Positions 47,434 to 58,162 of a stretch of DNA of 64,000 bases are shown one piece after another. The stretch is from Phoronis australis. Lineage: Eukaryota; Animalia; Phoronida. Made by a program: the position numbers and the translations under genes. The stretch covers positions 558,001-622,000 of the forward strand of contig NMRA01000140.1 of assembly GCA_002633005.1 (NCBI GenBank), in the 5' to 3' direction. A model generated the notes under the pieces. The model saw only the letters and a program-made list of their open reading frames with translations. It made no database searches and was not told the origin of the DNA. Numbering within the stretch: position 1 is the stretch's first letter; each line of letters starts with the position of its first letter.

Positions 47434-49491
47434 ATGTTTCGATGTACAGATGTGAGGTTAAAGACTAATCCGGACTTACCTTGCATTACCGACGTCCCAA
47501 GTGAGCGGGAGGACTCTACGCAGCCACCGCCTCAACCAAGGGAGGAAGATCAATCCCCGGTGCAAGAGGTGTCCGTGATAGCAGCAAATACGGGGGAATC
47601 AGACATCGACGAGTCTGTCTTAGACGACGACCCGGTCGTAATGGTCTCACCCCCACGGCCTATTAATGTAAATGTGCCCCTGTCAACCCCCGCAGATTTT
47701 CTGACCAGTCCTTCGTCCCCTATGATGGTAGATTCTGCGGTAGTGTCAACAGGTTCCGCAACTACGCCGCTGGCTTCGCTTGGTGAGTCTATTTGGGCCC
47801 TTCCCGAATACTCCCAAGGAGTGCAGATGGCAGAAGCCTTGTTGCAACCCACTGATCAATATCAGTGTCCCCTGTGCCCCTTTACCGTTTCTCTCGGTGA
47901 AGATGAACTGTTGTGTAAACATATTTTCACATGTCATCTGCCACCCTTGTTTTCCACTAACCAGGCTGACGTGGTTGCCAGCCCTCAGCTTCATCGAGAG
48001 AGATACGACTCGTTAGCCTATCTTTTTTCATTGCTGGAGGGACGTAGCATGAAAGACTCGCTAGATCTTGTAGACAGGTGTAACCTGGTATGCCGAGGCT
48101 TGAGCCAGCTGCCACGGGTACTCCCCCTGGATCAAATGGCGATGTCCGTAATGTCTACTACATTTGGCTGGGACAGGGTGCCGAGTTTCACGTTAACACC
48201 TAGACTCAACTCGCCAGCCGCCTGCTTCCACTGGTATGTGATCACTCTTCTGCTCCAAAAATTACCAGAGAGTGACCGTGCCCGATGGTTTGTCAGTGCA
48301 CATAATGTGAGGCTCCCTCAGTCCTTCTTGGACTCCTCGTCCGGAGAGGTCGGGCCAACGTCCTTTATAACCCCCAGGCCTCAGACTTCTACTTCAGCCC
48401 CTTCACCCCCTAAACGACCACGGACGTATGCCCAGGTTGCTTCCTGTCCTGAGGCTCAGTCTGCACCGCTCCCTCCTGTACCATCCAAATCCCCAGTGGA
48501 GCGTAAACAGGATCGTCCAAAGCGGTCGGCGCCGGCAACCACCACCTCGGCGAAACGATCCGCTAAACTACCATCCTTGTACGGTCCACAGTCGACCGCT
48601 AATCTGCAGCCTGCTGCATCCGCCCCAAAGCCAGAGGCAGTCGATTCGCATTTCCACCTAGATCGGCTGACCTTCGCGTGCCAACGGTTTTCCCCCGAAT
48701 TGGCCGGCCGGCTACTTACCATCCCTGAGATCACGAATATGACGGCCATGCTCCCTTGCCCCTCAAAAAATCCCGTCCATTTAACAGGGGGCATAGCGGT
48801 ATTTTGTGATCCGATCCACTATAAGTTTGTGGAAAAATCTACTGAGGCGTTCCCTTCGGGTTGGAAGGCTGCCATAGGCATCCATCCGAAAAACGCCAAG
48901 TCGTACAATCCGGCCATGGAGAAGGAGATTTTCAGGCTCCTCCGGTTGCCCAACGTTGTTGCACTAGGTGAGTTGGGATTAGAAGAAGGCCACGGTAGCG
49001 CTGAAGTACAGCAGCGAGTAGTTGTGTCGCTGGTGCGCGGTCTTGCCCGCTTCCAGACGGTTCACGGCTCTCGTGTGCTTGTATTGCACCTTCGCGCCCG
49101 GGAGTCCACTTCGCCCTTTCACTCTGGTCATCAGTACATGAGACGGTTGCTGAGTGACGTCTTGCCCAGAGCCCAACCAATCCACCTCCATTGTTTTTCT
49201 AGTAATCCCCAGGAGGTGCGATCATGGATGAAGGCTTTCCCAAATGCCTATTTCGGCTTTGCTGCCACTGCTCGTCACTTTTCCTCTCCCCAAGCTAAAG
49301 CTTTGGCAGCCGTGCCCCTTAATCGGCTTCTTTTGGAGACCGATTCCCCCCATTTAGCGACGTCCTCTCGACCTATGGCCCCATATTTCATTGGGGAAGT
49401 GGCCTGGAAAATAGCACGCCTGCGTCACTGTAATGCTGACTATTTGTTGGAGCAAGCGGCCAAGAACGCACGTGTTTTATACCGACTGTAA
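47434..49491 (+). CDS. Retrotransposon ORF3: C2H2-like zinc finger, Pro/Ser-rich linker and TatD-family metal-dependent nuclease (685 aa from ATG 47434)
   Basis: TatD motifs VDSHFHL, IGIHP, ALGELGL, VLHLR, HLHCFS, YFGF and LLLETDSP in correct order (48634-49491); CPLC-x14-H-x4-H at 47866-47937; no introns, no stops; ATG directly follows a tttcag acceptor-like site. Confidence 0.92.
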   Translation: MFRCTDVRLKTNPDLPCITDVPSEREDSTQPPPQPREEDQSPVQEVSVIAANTGESDIDESVLDDDPVVMVSPPRPINVNVPLSTPADFLTSPSSPMMVDSAVVSTGSATTPLASLGESIWALPEYSQGVQMAEALLQPTDQYQCPLCPFTVSLGEDELLCKHIFTCHLPPLFSTNQADVVASPQLHRERYDSLAYLFSLLEGRSMKDSLDLVDRCNLVCRGLSQLPRVLPLDQMAMSVMSTTFGWDRVPSFTLTPRLNSPAACFHWYVITLLLQKLPESDRARWFVSAHNVRLPQSFLDSSSGEVGPTSFITPRPQTSTSAPSPPKRPRTYAQVASCPEAQSAPLPPVPSKSPVERKQDRPKRSAPATTTSAKRSAKLPSLYGPQSTANLQPAASAPKPEAVDSHFHLDRLTFACQRFSPELAGRLLTIPEITNMTAMLPCPSKNPVHLTGGIAVFCDPIHYKFVEKSTEAFPSGWKAAIGIHPKNAKSYNPAMEKEIFRLLRLPNVVALGELGLEEGHGSAEVQQRVVVSLVRGLARFQTVHGSRVLVLHLRARESTSPFHSGHQYMRRLLSDVLPRAQPIHLHCFSSNPQEVRSWMKAFPNAYFGFAATARHFSSPQAKALAAVPLNRLLLETDSPHLATSSRPMAPYFIGEVAWKIARLRHCNADYLLEQAAKNARVLYRL

Positions 49492-49817
49492 GTCCGGAGA
49501 GGGTCTCTAGTGAGTATTTCTACCACTAGGTGTCTGCTCTCCCGTCCATGGGGGATGGGTGGTTCCCCATAAGGGTGACTATTTATTATTTATTTCATGT
49601 GTTCAAGGGTGCTGGCTCTTTGAACTTCTATATTATTTGATGGTACTTCTGTTCTTAACCCATGTGTATTATGCTCTCATTCTAGGGGAACTGTCCTTGT
49701 GCTACTAACACCCTGAATTTTCTTCTTTTTTGGAGGGGGGAGGAGGATCAAAAATTTTCGGGCATTTTTTGATAAATTGGCAATGATGTTGTTTCCCGGG
49801 TGGGTCCCACGCTTTTT

Positions 49818-49831
49818 AGGGAGGAGGGGAA
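49818..49831 (+). other. Polypurine tract of copy C
   Basis: tttt-AGGGAGGAGGGGAA immediately before TGTTGTAAT. Confidence 0.8.
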
Positions 49832-50074
49832 TGTTGTAATCGGCAACATCATTGGCCCTTTGTTTTTCCTGTGGCGTCTTGTGATTGGTCTGTTTTTGTG
49901 TGTTCCCCCGTATGTCTCTTATATAAGTCGTTGGCGCCACTGTCGGACGGGTTTTTTCAAGAACCGGCAAAACGAGTCATCCATGGTTGCTCCACTTGGC
50001 GTCAACTGACTGGCTTATATCTTCATAAAAGTAAGTACTCTTGTGCCTAACTAGTGAACTGTAGGAATACAACA
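49832..50074 (+). mobile_element. 3' LTR of copy C with CCAAT and TATA boxes
   Basis: Begins TGTTGTA; ATTGG at 49851 and 49884; TATATAAG at 49920-49927; a TACAACA inverse end at 50068-50074. The end is uncertain because the last ~28 nt recur at 50315-50347. Confidence 0.65.
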
Positions 50075-50399
50075 CTACTTTAGTTTTTGACAATATTGAA
50101 CAAGACAACTAGTTCTTGTCTGTCAATCATCTAAGTTCTTAACAGGTCCTCCTGGAGGCAATTTGTTTGCAAGTATTGGATTTTATATTTTAACTTATTA
50201 AAAGTAATTAAAAAATTATGGGTCATGGGTTGGAGAAATAAATGAAATATATGGGCGGTGGGTACGAAATAAAAGTGCCTTCCCCCCTCCCATACAGATT
50301 TTGCTGGAACAGCCCTAACTAAGTAGTGAACCTGTAGGAATACAACAGGCCGAACCTGTTTGGCCGTGTCGGCAGTAGCCGACAAATAATACTATAATA

Positions 50400-50900
50400 C
50401 AGACTTCTGGACTAAAATGGCCGCAATATGCATCCACATTTGTACACATGGGCGCTTAAAAATCATAAGAAAGGGCAGGACTCACCAACAGCTAAACAAC
50501 AAAACCATCACATGTGCGCCGGAAGTAGTTTGATAACGCAAGCGACATCTTATGGCAACAGGTGCTTGTGGTCCACTTTATCCATTGGACTGTTTTTTCA
50601 GTTTCACTTTATCATTTTAACAATACTGATTACTGTTTGATCTTATATTATTTATGAATGTCATACTTGACAATTATTTTAAGACTTAATATTTTATCGC
50701 AAACATGTCTACGAGTATGAGCATGGCTAGTTTTCTCCCCTGTAAAACGTCACTTCCTTTTTGAAGTTGTTGTCATAGTGTATTGTCAACAACGGTGTTG
50801 AACGAAGAACGGTTCATTCAATGCAATGCCAGACCTCGAGATTTAAACCAAAGGCAATCATCATTATGACGTGTTACGAATTTTGCTCAATCTTTAAGTC
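50400..50900 (+). promoter_or_regulatory. Probable promoter of the SVBP-motif gene
   Basis: YY1-like AAAATGGCCGC (50414), ETS CCGGAAGT (50519), RFX half-site ATGGCAAC (~50552) and CGTCACTTCCT (50748), directly upstream of the first coding exon. Confidence 0.55.
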
Positions 50901-50966
50901 TCAGTTACGTCGAAAGAATGCAAGAATCACCCAAACGTGACAAACTAATATTATGACAAAGTCACT

Positions 50967-51561
50967 ATGAAGCACCTGTGTATTTCTAAAGCTGCTGATG
51001 TCGGGCTTCTGTCGGACGCTGTGAGACAGAGACTGGCTGCCAGAGCAGTCACTGTTACACATCCTCTTAGTTTGTTCGATTTTGGAATAGATGGTGGTAT
51101 TGCATATGGCCGGTTGCTGTCGCCATGTGTTGTAACTCCGGCGGTGTGTGCAAGTGGTCTTCCTAAAATCTCGGACAAAATTCAGTTGAATTCTTTTAAA
51201 ATGGAGAATCGAGTTGGGTCAGGTAGGACACTGCAGCGACCTGTTGGATCAGCAAGGACAATGCACCAACGACACACTCAAGGTTCTAGTCCACATAACC
51301 ACTCAACAAGAACTTTAGCTAAGAACGAGTTCAAGACAATTAACGAGATTCGAAATCTTCTTGCGGGGCACAATAAATTAGCTAGAACTGGTGTTGGCTC
51401 AAGCAAAAACGATGACAGTCAGTACACTGACAATCAGAAAATATCTTTACCATCGGACAATGTGTATAGCTTTAGCCTTCGATCTAATGACCAGACACTA
51501 CAGTCTACTATAGACCTGGATGGCTTAAAGAAGACTTTGACGGAGGTCTGTGAGGAATCAG
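50967..51561 (+). CDS. SVBP-motif protein exon 1 (true start may be ATG 51201)
   Basis: Open frame ending TCA G|gtatga, phase 1, matching the acceptor at 52702. Confidence 0.7.
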
Positions 51562-52701
51562 GTATGAACTTTTTTCCATTTTCTTATGCATGGAGTACAG
51601 TATTACTGGTAATATGCTATACCCAGGTTTACAGTATTATTACATAATATGGTACGTAAAGCGAGGGGTGAACTAGACTGAAATATTTCTGTGCCGGGAC
51701 TTCGTAACCCCGGCAAACAGAAGTTGATCCAAAAGAAAACACGGCATGCACCTCATACTTTGTCTATTTTAGATTCACGCAAGAATTGCTGTTATCATCA
51801 ATTCTTATTATCATGATCACTGATCTAAATTCTTTTTGTGTGGAGCACGACAATTACTACATTGGCCATGTCTTTACAGCGCTACCTCATTGACTGAAAT
51901 TAAATTACAATACTATTTACTGAAACTCAGGAACTAGATCCTATAGTTGAAACTAGTGTTTTTTACCATTTGGATTCTGAATTTGAATTTGTTGTGAAAA
52001 ACTATATTAGGTTGAATTTCCAAAATGTATATGTTACACATTATAGCCCATTGATGTTATTGTATTAGGTTAAGTAGACCAGTTTTTGTTTGGGATGGAT
52101 GTGTTCACCTTCATGTGTTCATCATGGTAGATAATTGGCATTAGAGTTTTGATGTGGGACAAAAGACGATGTGAGCTAGACTAGATTGATAAGTGAATTT
52201 GGAATCTACTGTTGTCTGGAGTTGAAACTGAACTTATGAGAAATATGTTATGACAGATTTGATTGTGACCTCATATCTTCCCAATTAGTCTGTAAATTGA
52301 ATCACTGGCCTGTGACTTAGTAATGAGTTCATGTAGATATATCTGTGTGTCGTTTCTAGGAAAACTCTGTAATTAAAAACATAAATTTTTGTTGATTGGA
52401 TTATAATATGTAAATAACGTATAGTACCTTGTAGCATATTTAAAGCACTGTGACATAATTTTGAGCACCTTGTTACTACTAGGTTTCACCATCACTTTTC
52501 TACCTTGAAAGTGTGATGTTGATTGGTAGTCTAGTCATGAAAATTCAACATCTGTGCGTACAGCTATTTATAGCTATTAAATTAGATTTAGTTTCACTAC
52601 AGCCCTCAAATGAAAATGATGGATGTTTTCTCAGCCACTCTGTTCAATGAAACTGTCAGCTCAGGTCTACAGATCTGATGAATATTTCTCTCTTTCTTCA
52701 G

Positions 52702-53166
52702 GAGTTGCTGACGAGACTGGAAGCCTGTCTAGGCCACACACCAGGAGAAGTCGTAAAAAGTCATCAAAAAGTCGCAGGACTGCAAAGGAAAAAATGCATC
52801 CAAAAAAATTTAAAGATGTTAAACCGAATGACATAAAATCAGGAACAGCAATGTCAGGATTTATGATAATTAACAGTGCTATGCCAACTGTGCCTGCCAA
52901 AAGTTCTCCAAACAACAAAGGTGCTAAGACTAAACCGATCACGATTTCTCAGCCAAACACTCCTAGAACTTCAACTATTACTGGCAATCCTTTGAAAAGT
53001 CCTTCCAGGTCTGGTTTGCGTTCTTCTCAAGAGGAAGCGAAGTTAAACACGACTAGTCCCATCAGAAGTAAGATCACCAAGGTATATTGTTCAGAGAAGC
53101 TGTCAGGGAGTGTTGTGTCTGATGGCATATTGATACCGTGTGCTCCGCCTGTCACACCTACATCAG
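52702..53166 (+). CDS. SVBP-motif protein exon 2 (basic, Ser/Pro-rich)
   Basis: ttctctctttcttcag| acceptor, CAG|gtaaag donor, phase 1-1, open. Confidence 0.8.
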
Positions 53167-53216
53167 GTAAAGAGATGCCTTGAGGTTCTCATGTTTTACT
53201 TTGCAATTTGACCTGG

Positions 53217-53470
53217 TTAGCTGGCCAAAAAAATCGAATTGGACAATCCCTCATGAAATTGGTCTCATATTATTTGTTACTATGGCAATAATCCATTTTT
53301 AGTGTTGTCAACTACCCAATTCACATCATAGTGGATGCACACGTGCCATTTTCGAATTAGCTACTGTAGGATTGTTGGCTTCAACGTTTTAGTTAATGAC
53401 GGAAAAAGAATATGTTAACGGCAAGGAAAAATGAGACTAAGAAGGCCCAATTCGATTTTTGTTGTAGCCA
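53217..53470. mobile_element. Intronic MITE-like element
   Basis: Inverted repeats aaaaatcgaattgg (~53229-53242) and ccaattcgattttt (53447-53460) with imperfect outward extension. Confidence 0.5.
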
Positions 53471-54407
53471 TGAGAAACAGGGCGATAGTATTAATTGTGC
53501 AGGTCTGCCATACTAGGAATGCTCATGAATTCATTACCTTAAAGTCAGCCCTTCATTAGCAATGAATTTTCTTTTTGGAAAATTTATTAATTTGCTTAAT
53601 TATTCTAAAAATTTATATAGTGGTCTGCACTATGACTCAGTTTGAAAGTTGTGTTCACTATGCTTTTAGGTAGTTAAATTGATGCAGATAGGCATTCTTT
53701 TCTTTAAAAAGAAATAGCGGCTGCCTACATGTACATGTTCAATTTCCTGCATGGTTTCACTCACAAGTGCCTGACTGCTCCGTGTCACAATATTGCTGGT
53801 CTCAGCTGATTTTTTTTAAAACGCGACCTACTAAATTAGTGCCTCACTGTTGCAGCAATTTTCATAACACCGAATGACCAGAACCAACATGAATTTTCTT
53901 TTTGAAGTTTAATTGGTCTGGTCTAGTTTAATTTCATTCATTTTGAAAATTTGCTATAGCACTCAATGTACTACTAGTAGCCGACATGATGTGTGAATCT
54001 GTTGGCATATTTTGCCACAAGCTTGTGGTCAAGCTAATGCCCATTATGGACTGACCACTTGAAATGCAACCTGTCATTGGATTAAAAAAATTCTGTGAAC
54101 TCCCCCAAGTACGTCTGTAAGGGAACGATAATTTTTGAAATGGGCATGTGAGCCTTTTGGATATTAAATTTAATGACAATAAGTGATCGACTAACTCTGT
54201 TTTGCTTAGAGGAAACGAGGGTTTATAACCACTTAAAAATATTTAGCGAGACTACATTGGTCTGGTTAAAACTCCCGCAGTCATGTTCAAATCATGTTGT
54301 CACACTTGATGGTTCAACTTTGTTATGCGTCTAAATAGTGCATGAACAATCATCCATTTTGCACCTGCCATTACGTGTAATGGCTTCACGATGCTGCTCT
54401 ATTTTAG

Positions 54408-54601
54408 ATATGCTTCGGAAGTACGAGTACGTTCCAAGCATGGGCGATGTAAAAGCACAGCGCCTATTACGGATTAAACTCCAGGCAATTGAAAAGAACT
54501 TTAAAAAGAAGCAGGATAAGATATTAAAGGATCGTGCAAAACAAGAGGAGCAGTTAGCAAAGGAGCGTGAAAAAATGAAGCGACATCGACAGCGTCAAGA
54601 G
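54408..54601 (+). CDS. SVBP-motif protein exon 3 (coiled coil)
   Basis: attttag| acceptor (phase 1), GAG|gtatgc donor (phase 0); ends KMKRHRQRQE. Confidence 0.85.
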
Positions 54602-55089
54602 GTATGCAATCCTAACACCTAAAATTTCAACTTTACAGTATTTGGCAGGAACCATCCCATTATTTACTAATATTAGACAACAATAGGTTAATTGACTGAT
54701 TAATGTGTGTGGTAAAATCTCATTAATTTTGGTCAAATTTACCCGTTTCTCATTTTCCAAAGACTATTAGCGTTGCGAATGCACTTAATTTTTCTAAACT
54801 GGGAAGAATCAAGTGCTCAGCATTACTGGAAACAACGTAGGTCAACAAGTTGCTTCATTGTGGTGGGATATTTTATGTGCCAAACACAACAATCTCAAGC
54901 ATTCACTTCCAGTACCAATGACTAAATTTCAAGTTTTTCCAAGCTCAGTTAACCATAAGCACTTCTCGTCTAGCTGGGTTCAATAAAAAAGTCGCGACCT
55001 TTATTGCAGTGGTGCAAGTCCTCAATCGAATTAGTTTCTCTCATGAAACACGGGTTTAGCGGCTTTCATTGGTTTTTACTCTATTCCAG

Positions 55090-55176
55090 ATCTACGCTCT
55101 TAATGCTGTGATGACCAAGTTAGAGAATGATCGGTTCATTTCTTATTGCAAAAGTAAAGGCATTCCTGTCAGCTGA
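55090..55176 (+). CDS. SVBP-motif protein last exon, not in the ORF track
   Basis: ttccag|ATC...TGA encodes IYALNAVMTKLENDRFISYCKSKGIPVS; joined to exon 3 it gives RQRQEIYALNAVMTKLE, versus human SVBP [17 protein letters not shown]. Confidence 0.88.
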   Translation: MYALNAVMTKLENDRFISYCKSKGIPVS

Positions 55177-56245
55177 TTCTACCTGTGCATCCAGGAGAGG
55201 AATTTTACCTTATCAGTATTATGTCAATCATGCATAAATGTTGTGACATAGTTGATTGAACCAATTTCGGTCATCCACATGTTCAATATTTGTTAAACAT
55301 GCGATGAATAAGGGTACGAGATAAGCGAAGTAGTTCATTGATACAAACTGATACAGTTAAAACTCATTACAGTGTACCTTGTTTTAAATTTTACATAAAT
55401 TGTAGGCAGCTTACACAAGTTTACTCTGGTTACAAGTTATCGTTTAACACACAAATGTTGAAGGTCTATTAGTGTATGACTAAACTGAAAATTTACAGTA
55501 ATTGAGATCGAAATTGTTGAGTTATTTTTATTAATTTATGCATAATTGTATAACATGCTCAGATATTTACATTTTTATACTCTTGCAGTAAAGAATAATT
55601 CTTGAAAGCGCTTTACATTGATAAGAATTTAAATGTAACTTTTCCTTAAAAGAAATCATGCTGTAGGATATTAGATGGATAGTTGTGATGTTGCTCATTT
55701 TTTTTTCTTTGCATATACCCGGACAGCTGATCCAGTGTCAACAATTACACTATCGTGTGATACTCAACAGATGTCAGTGTTTTAATGGCTCCTACACTCG
55801 ACATTTGTAATTTCACTCTTTTGCGTGGAAATGTTGCTTACATGCAAGCAAACAGTAAAACTTGATCCAAATGGAAGGATTTTATACAAGTTATGCGAAT
55901 TACGGCTTATCTGACGCGCTGAATGCACAAACTAGACCAACTGATCTTTGTTGGACTTGAGATGACTAAAAACCCGATTTAACTATTGTACGGTTCTTCT
56001 GGAAATGAAATAAAACAACTGATGTGCATGAAATATATTAAACATAAATGCCTTAAGTGCCCTATTTTATAGGACAAATATATGCATGAACTATTATTTA
56101 AATGAGATTTACACTTATTAAGCAACTTGTTTTTAAAAAGTTTGCAAATGTATTCCTTCCCAAAACAGCATTATAGCAAATTTTTGTACCAGAGCTAACA
56201 AACAAGTGCATTGCAGAATCTGGATTTCTTATTTTACAAGAAACG

Positions 56246-56402
56246 TAATAAATCCAAATTGTCTGTAACAAGCACCCAATACTGGCCGGTTATGGCCATT
56301 ATATGTTTTATCCGTTACTAATAAATGCAAATTGTCTGTAACAAGCACCCAATACTGGCCGGTTATGACCATTATATGTTTTATCAGTAACTAATAAATG
56401 CA
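56246..56402. repeat. 73-bp tandem duplication (~2.1 copies)
   Basis: taataaat.caaattgtctgtaacaagcacccaatactggccgg... starts at 56246 and 56319, with a partial third copy at 56392. Confidence 0.9.
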
Positions 56403-57845
56403 TACAAAAGTGTGTAATAATATCTCATTTGTGCCCAGTAACAGTTAGCTTACTTGCACATTGCATTTTTACGCAAATCTCAATTTTAAACTTTGATAGC
56501 GCATATTGTGGACAGACGCACCATAAATTCAGTTCAAAGATTCAAGACCAAGGAATACGCTGTACCAACAGAGTAGTTGTTTTTTTTTCTGAACATACTT
56601 GTACCATGGTCCGTACATAGATCAGATACTTTGGTATACATGGCATATGCTTGACCATAAATATTTGCCAGAAATCCCTACAGCTTTACACTTAAACACA
56701 GCTGAACTTTTTAAATGCACCTAAGAGAACCCGCAAAAGTGGAAATTATGCGCCTACATGAAAATACGAAGCTTTTCACTAATTTCCAATTGAACAAGTT
56801 TGCAAAGGAACAAAATCAATTGCATATTTTTCTTAAATGAAATACCTAGATGTTGGTAAGCTCTAAGTTACATTTAAATAATAAGCAATAAAATCTTCAT
56901 CCTATCATCATGCACACTACATCATAGCATTTGGTCCTCCAATCGCAACATTATCACAACAACCTAACAGAACAACTACTACACTCTACCATTCAGTCCT
57001 GTACCGGCAAGCCTAAATGTTCCATCAAATCAAGAGAATGCGTACAAGCTGACTAGAATCCCAGGATTTAACTCCCTGAGTTTTTGCTCAAGTTCAAAAA
57101 GTCACCAGCAAAATCAAACACGGAATACAACTGAAGACTGCTACAATTATACCCAAATAAAATTTTGATAAAGCAGCCATGACAACAGTGAAAATGCATA
57201 TTAGATTGTTTACAAATGCCGCTAACTTCCACGCTATTCTAAGCACAATACCATTCAGCTTGAAAAATCTCAATAGCAATGAGTCATAGAGAGAGAATCT
57301 ACGACCCAAGTCGGCGATAGTGTCCGTTCTGTCCTTATTTTTGGGTCCTTGTGGGTAGCAAGTACCCAAAATTTATTATCAAGCACTGATATTTTTTTTA
57401 CAGTTTTGTAAGTGTTTTGAGAAGTGATTATCACTAATTTCAAAACTATAACAAGAATCTGCAAACTCCAGTTACCACCAAGACTAACCTTATCAATCTT
57501 AGTTCTTTTTTATTTATTTGTCAAATAAATTTTAAATCAAAATCTTAGAATAAAGTATACCGGCTGGACACAAAGTAGGACATCAAGATAAAAATAAAGG
57601 TTATAGTCGTTTCATACAACAACTAAAAAACGTAAACATAAGACAAATAACTATATGTTTCTTACTTAACAACATCGCACTTGCAGCCATGCTTCACAGA
57701 TACGAATTCAATAGTTCAGTATTATCTATCGCTGCAGTTAAACTGCAGTTATTTCTTAACACTCACAAGTCAAAAGAAGAAACTAGAAGACCAAGATTGA
57801 AAAAGCAATAACCTATAAGGACCATTACTTATGACTGGACCATTC

Positions 57846-58162
57846 TTAATGTGGAGAAGGCATACACTTCAATCGCTCAAATGTTGCCTTTTCTAAATAC
57901 TCTCTGTGGTCAGGATGAGCTATTTTGATAAGTTCGTACGCTCGTTGTCTCAGATTCTTGCCAAAGAGGTATGCAATACCATATTCTGTTACAATGTAGT
58001 GCACATGAGCTCTTGTTGTGACAACACCGCCCCCCTCTTTGATGTACGGCACAATCTTGGTGTCGCCATTCTTCGTCGTGGAAGGCATGGCAAGGATGGG
58101 CTTTCCTAACCCGTCTGAGCTTTGAGCTGCACCGCGTAGGAAATCCACTTGACCTCCGACCC
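57846..58162 (-). CDS. Family I CoA-transferase / acetyl-CoA hydrolase, last exon
   Basis: GVGGQVDFLRGA...VVTTRAHVHYIVTEYGIAYLFGKNLRQRAYELIKIAHPDHRE; ttcttag| acceptor, TAA stop. Confidence 0.95.

Larger units (their letters stand above)
43440..50074 (+). mobile_element. Gypsy copy C: 5'-truncated; gag end, PR, partial RT, RH, IN-PHD, TatD ORF3, PPT, 3' LTR
   Basis: Domain order PR-RT-RH-IN defines Ty3/Gypsy; see sub-features. The left boundary and LTR end are approximate. Confidence 0.9.

Noticed and set aside
47550-49191. Several antisense and alternate-frame ORFs over ORF3
   Set aside because: Shadows of a GC-rich coding region with no recognisable motifs.
47434-49491. TatD as bacterial contamination or an ordinary host TATDN gene
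   Set aside because: It lies between integrase-PHD and PPT/LTR, has a eukaryote-style Zn finger and low-complexity N-terminus, and its N-terminus recurs at the same position in copy A.
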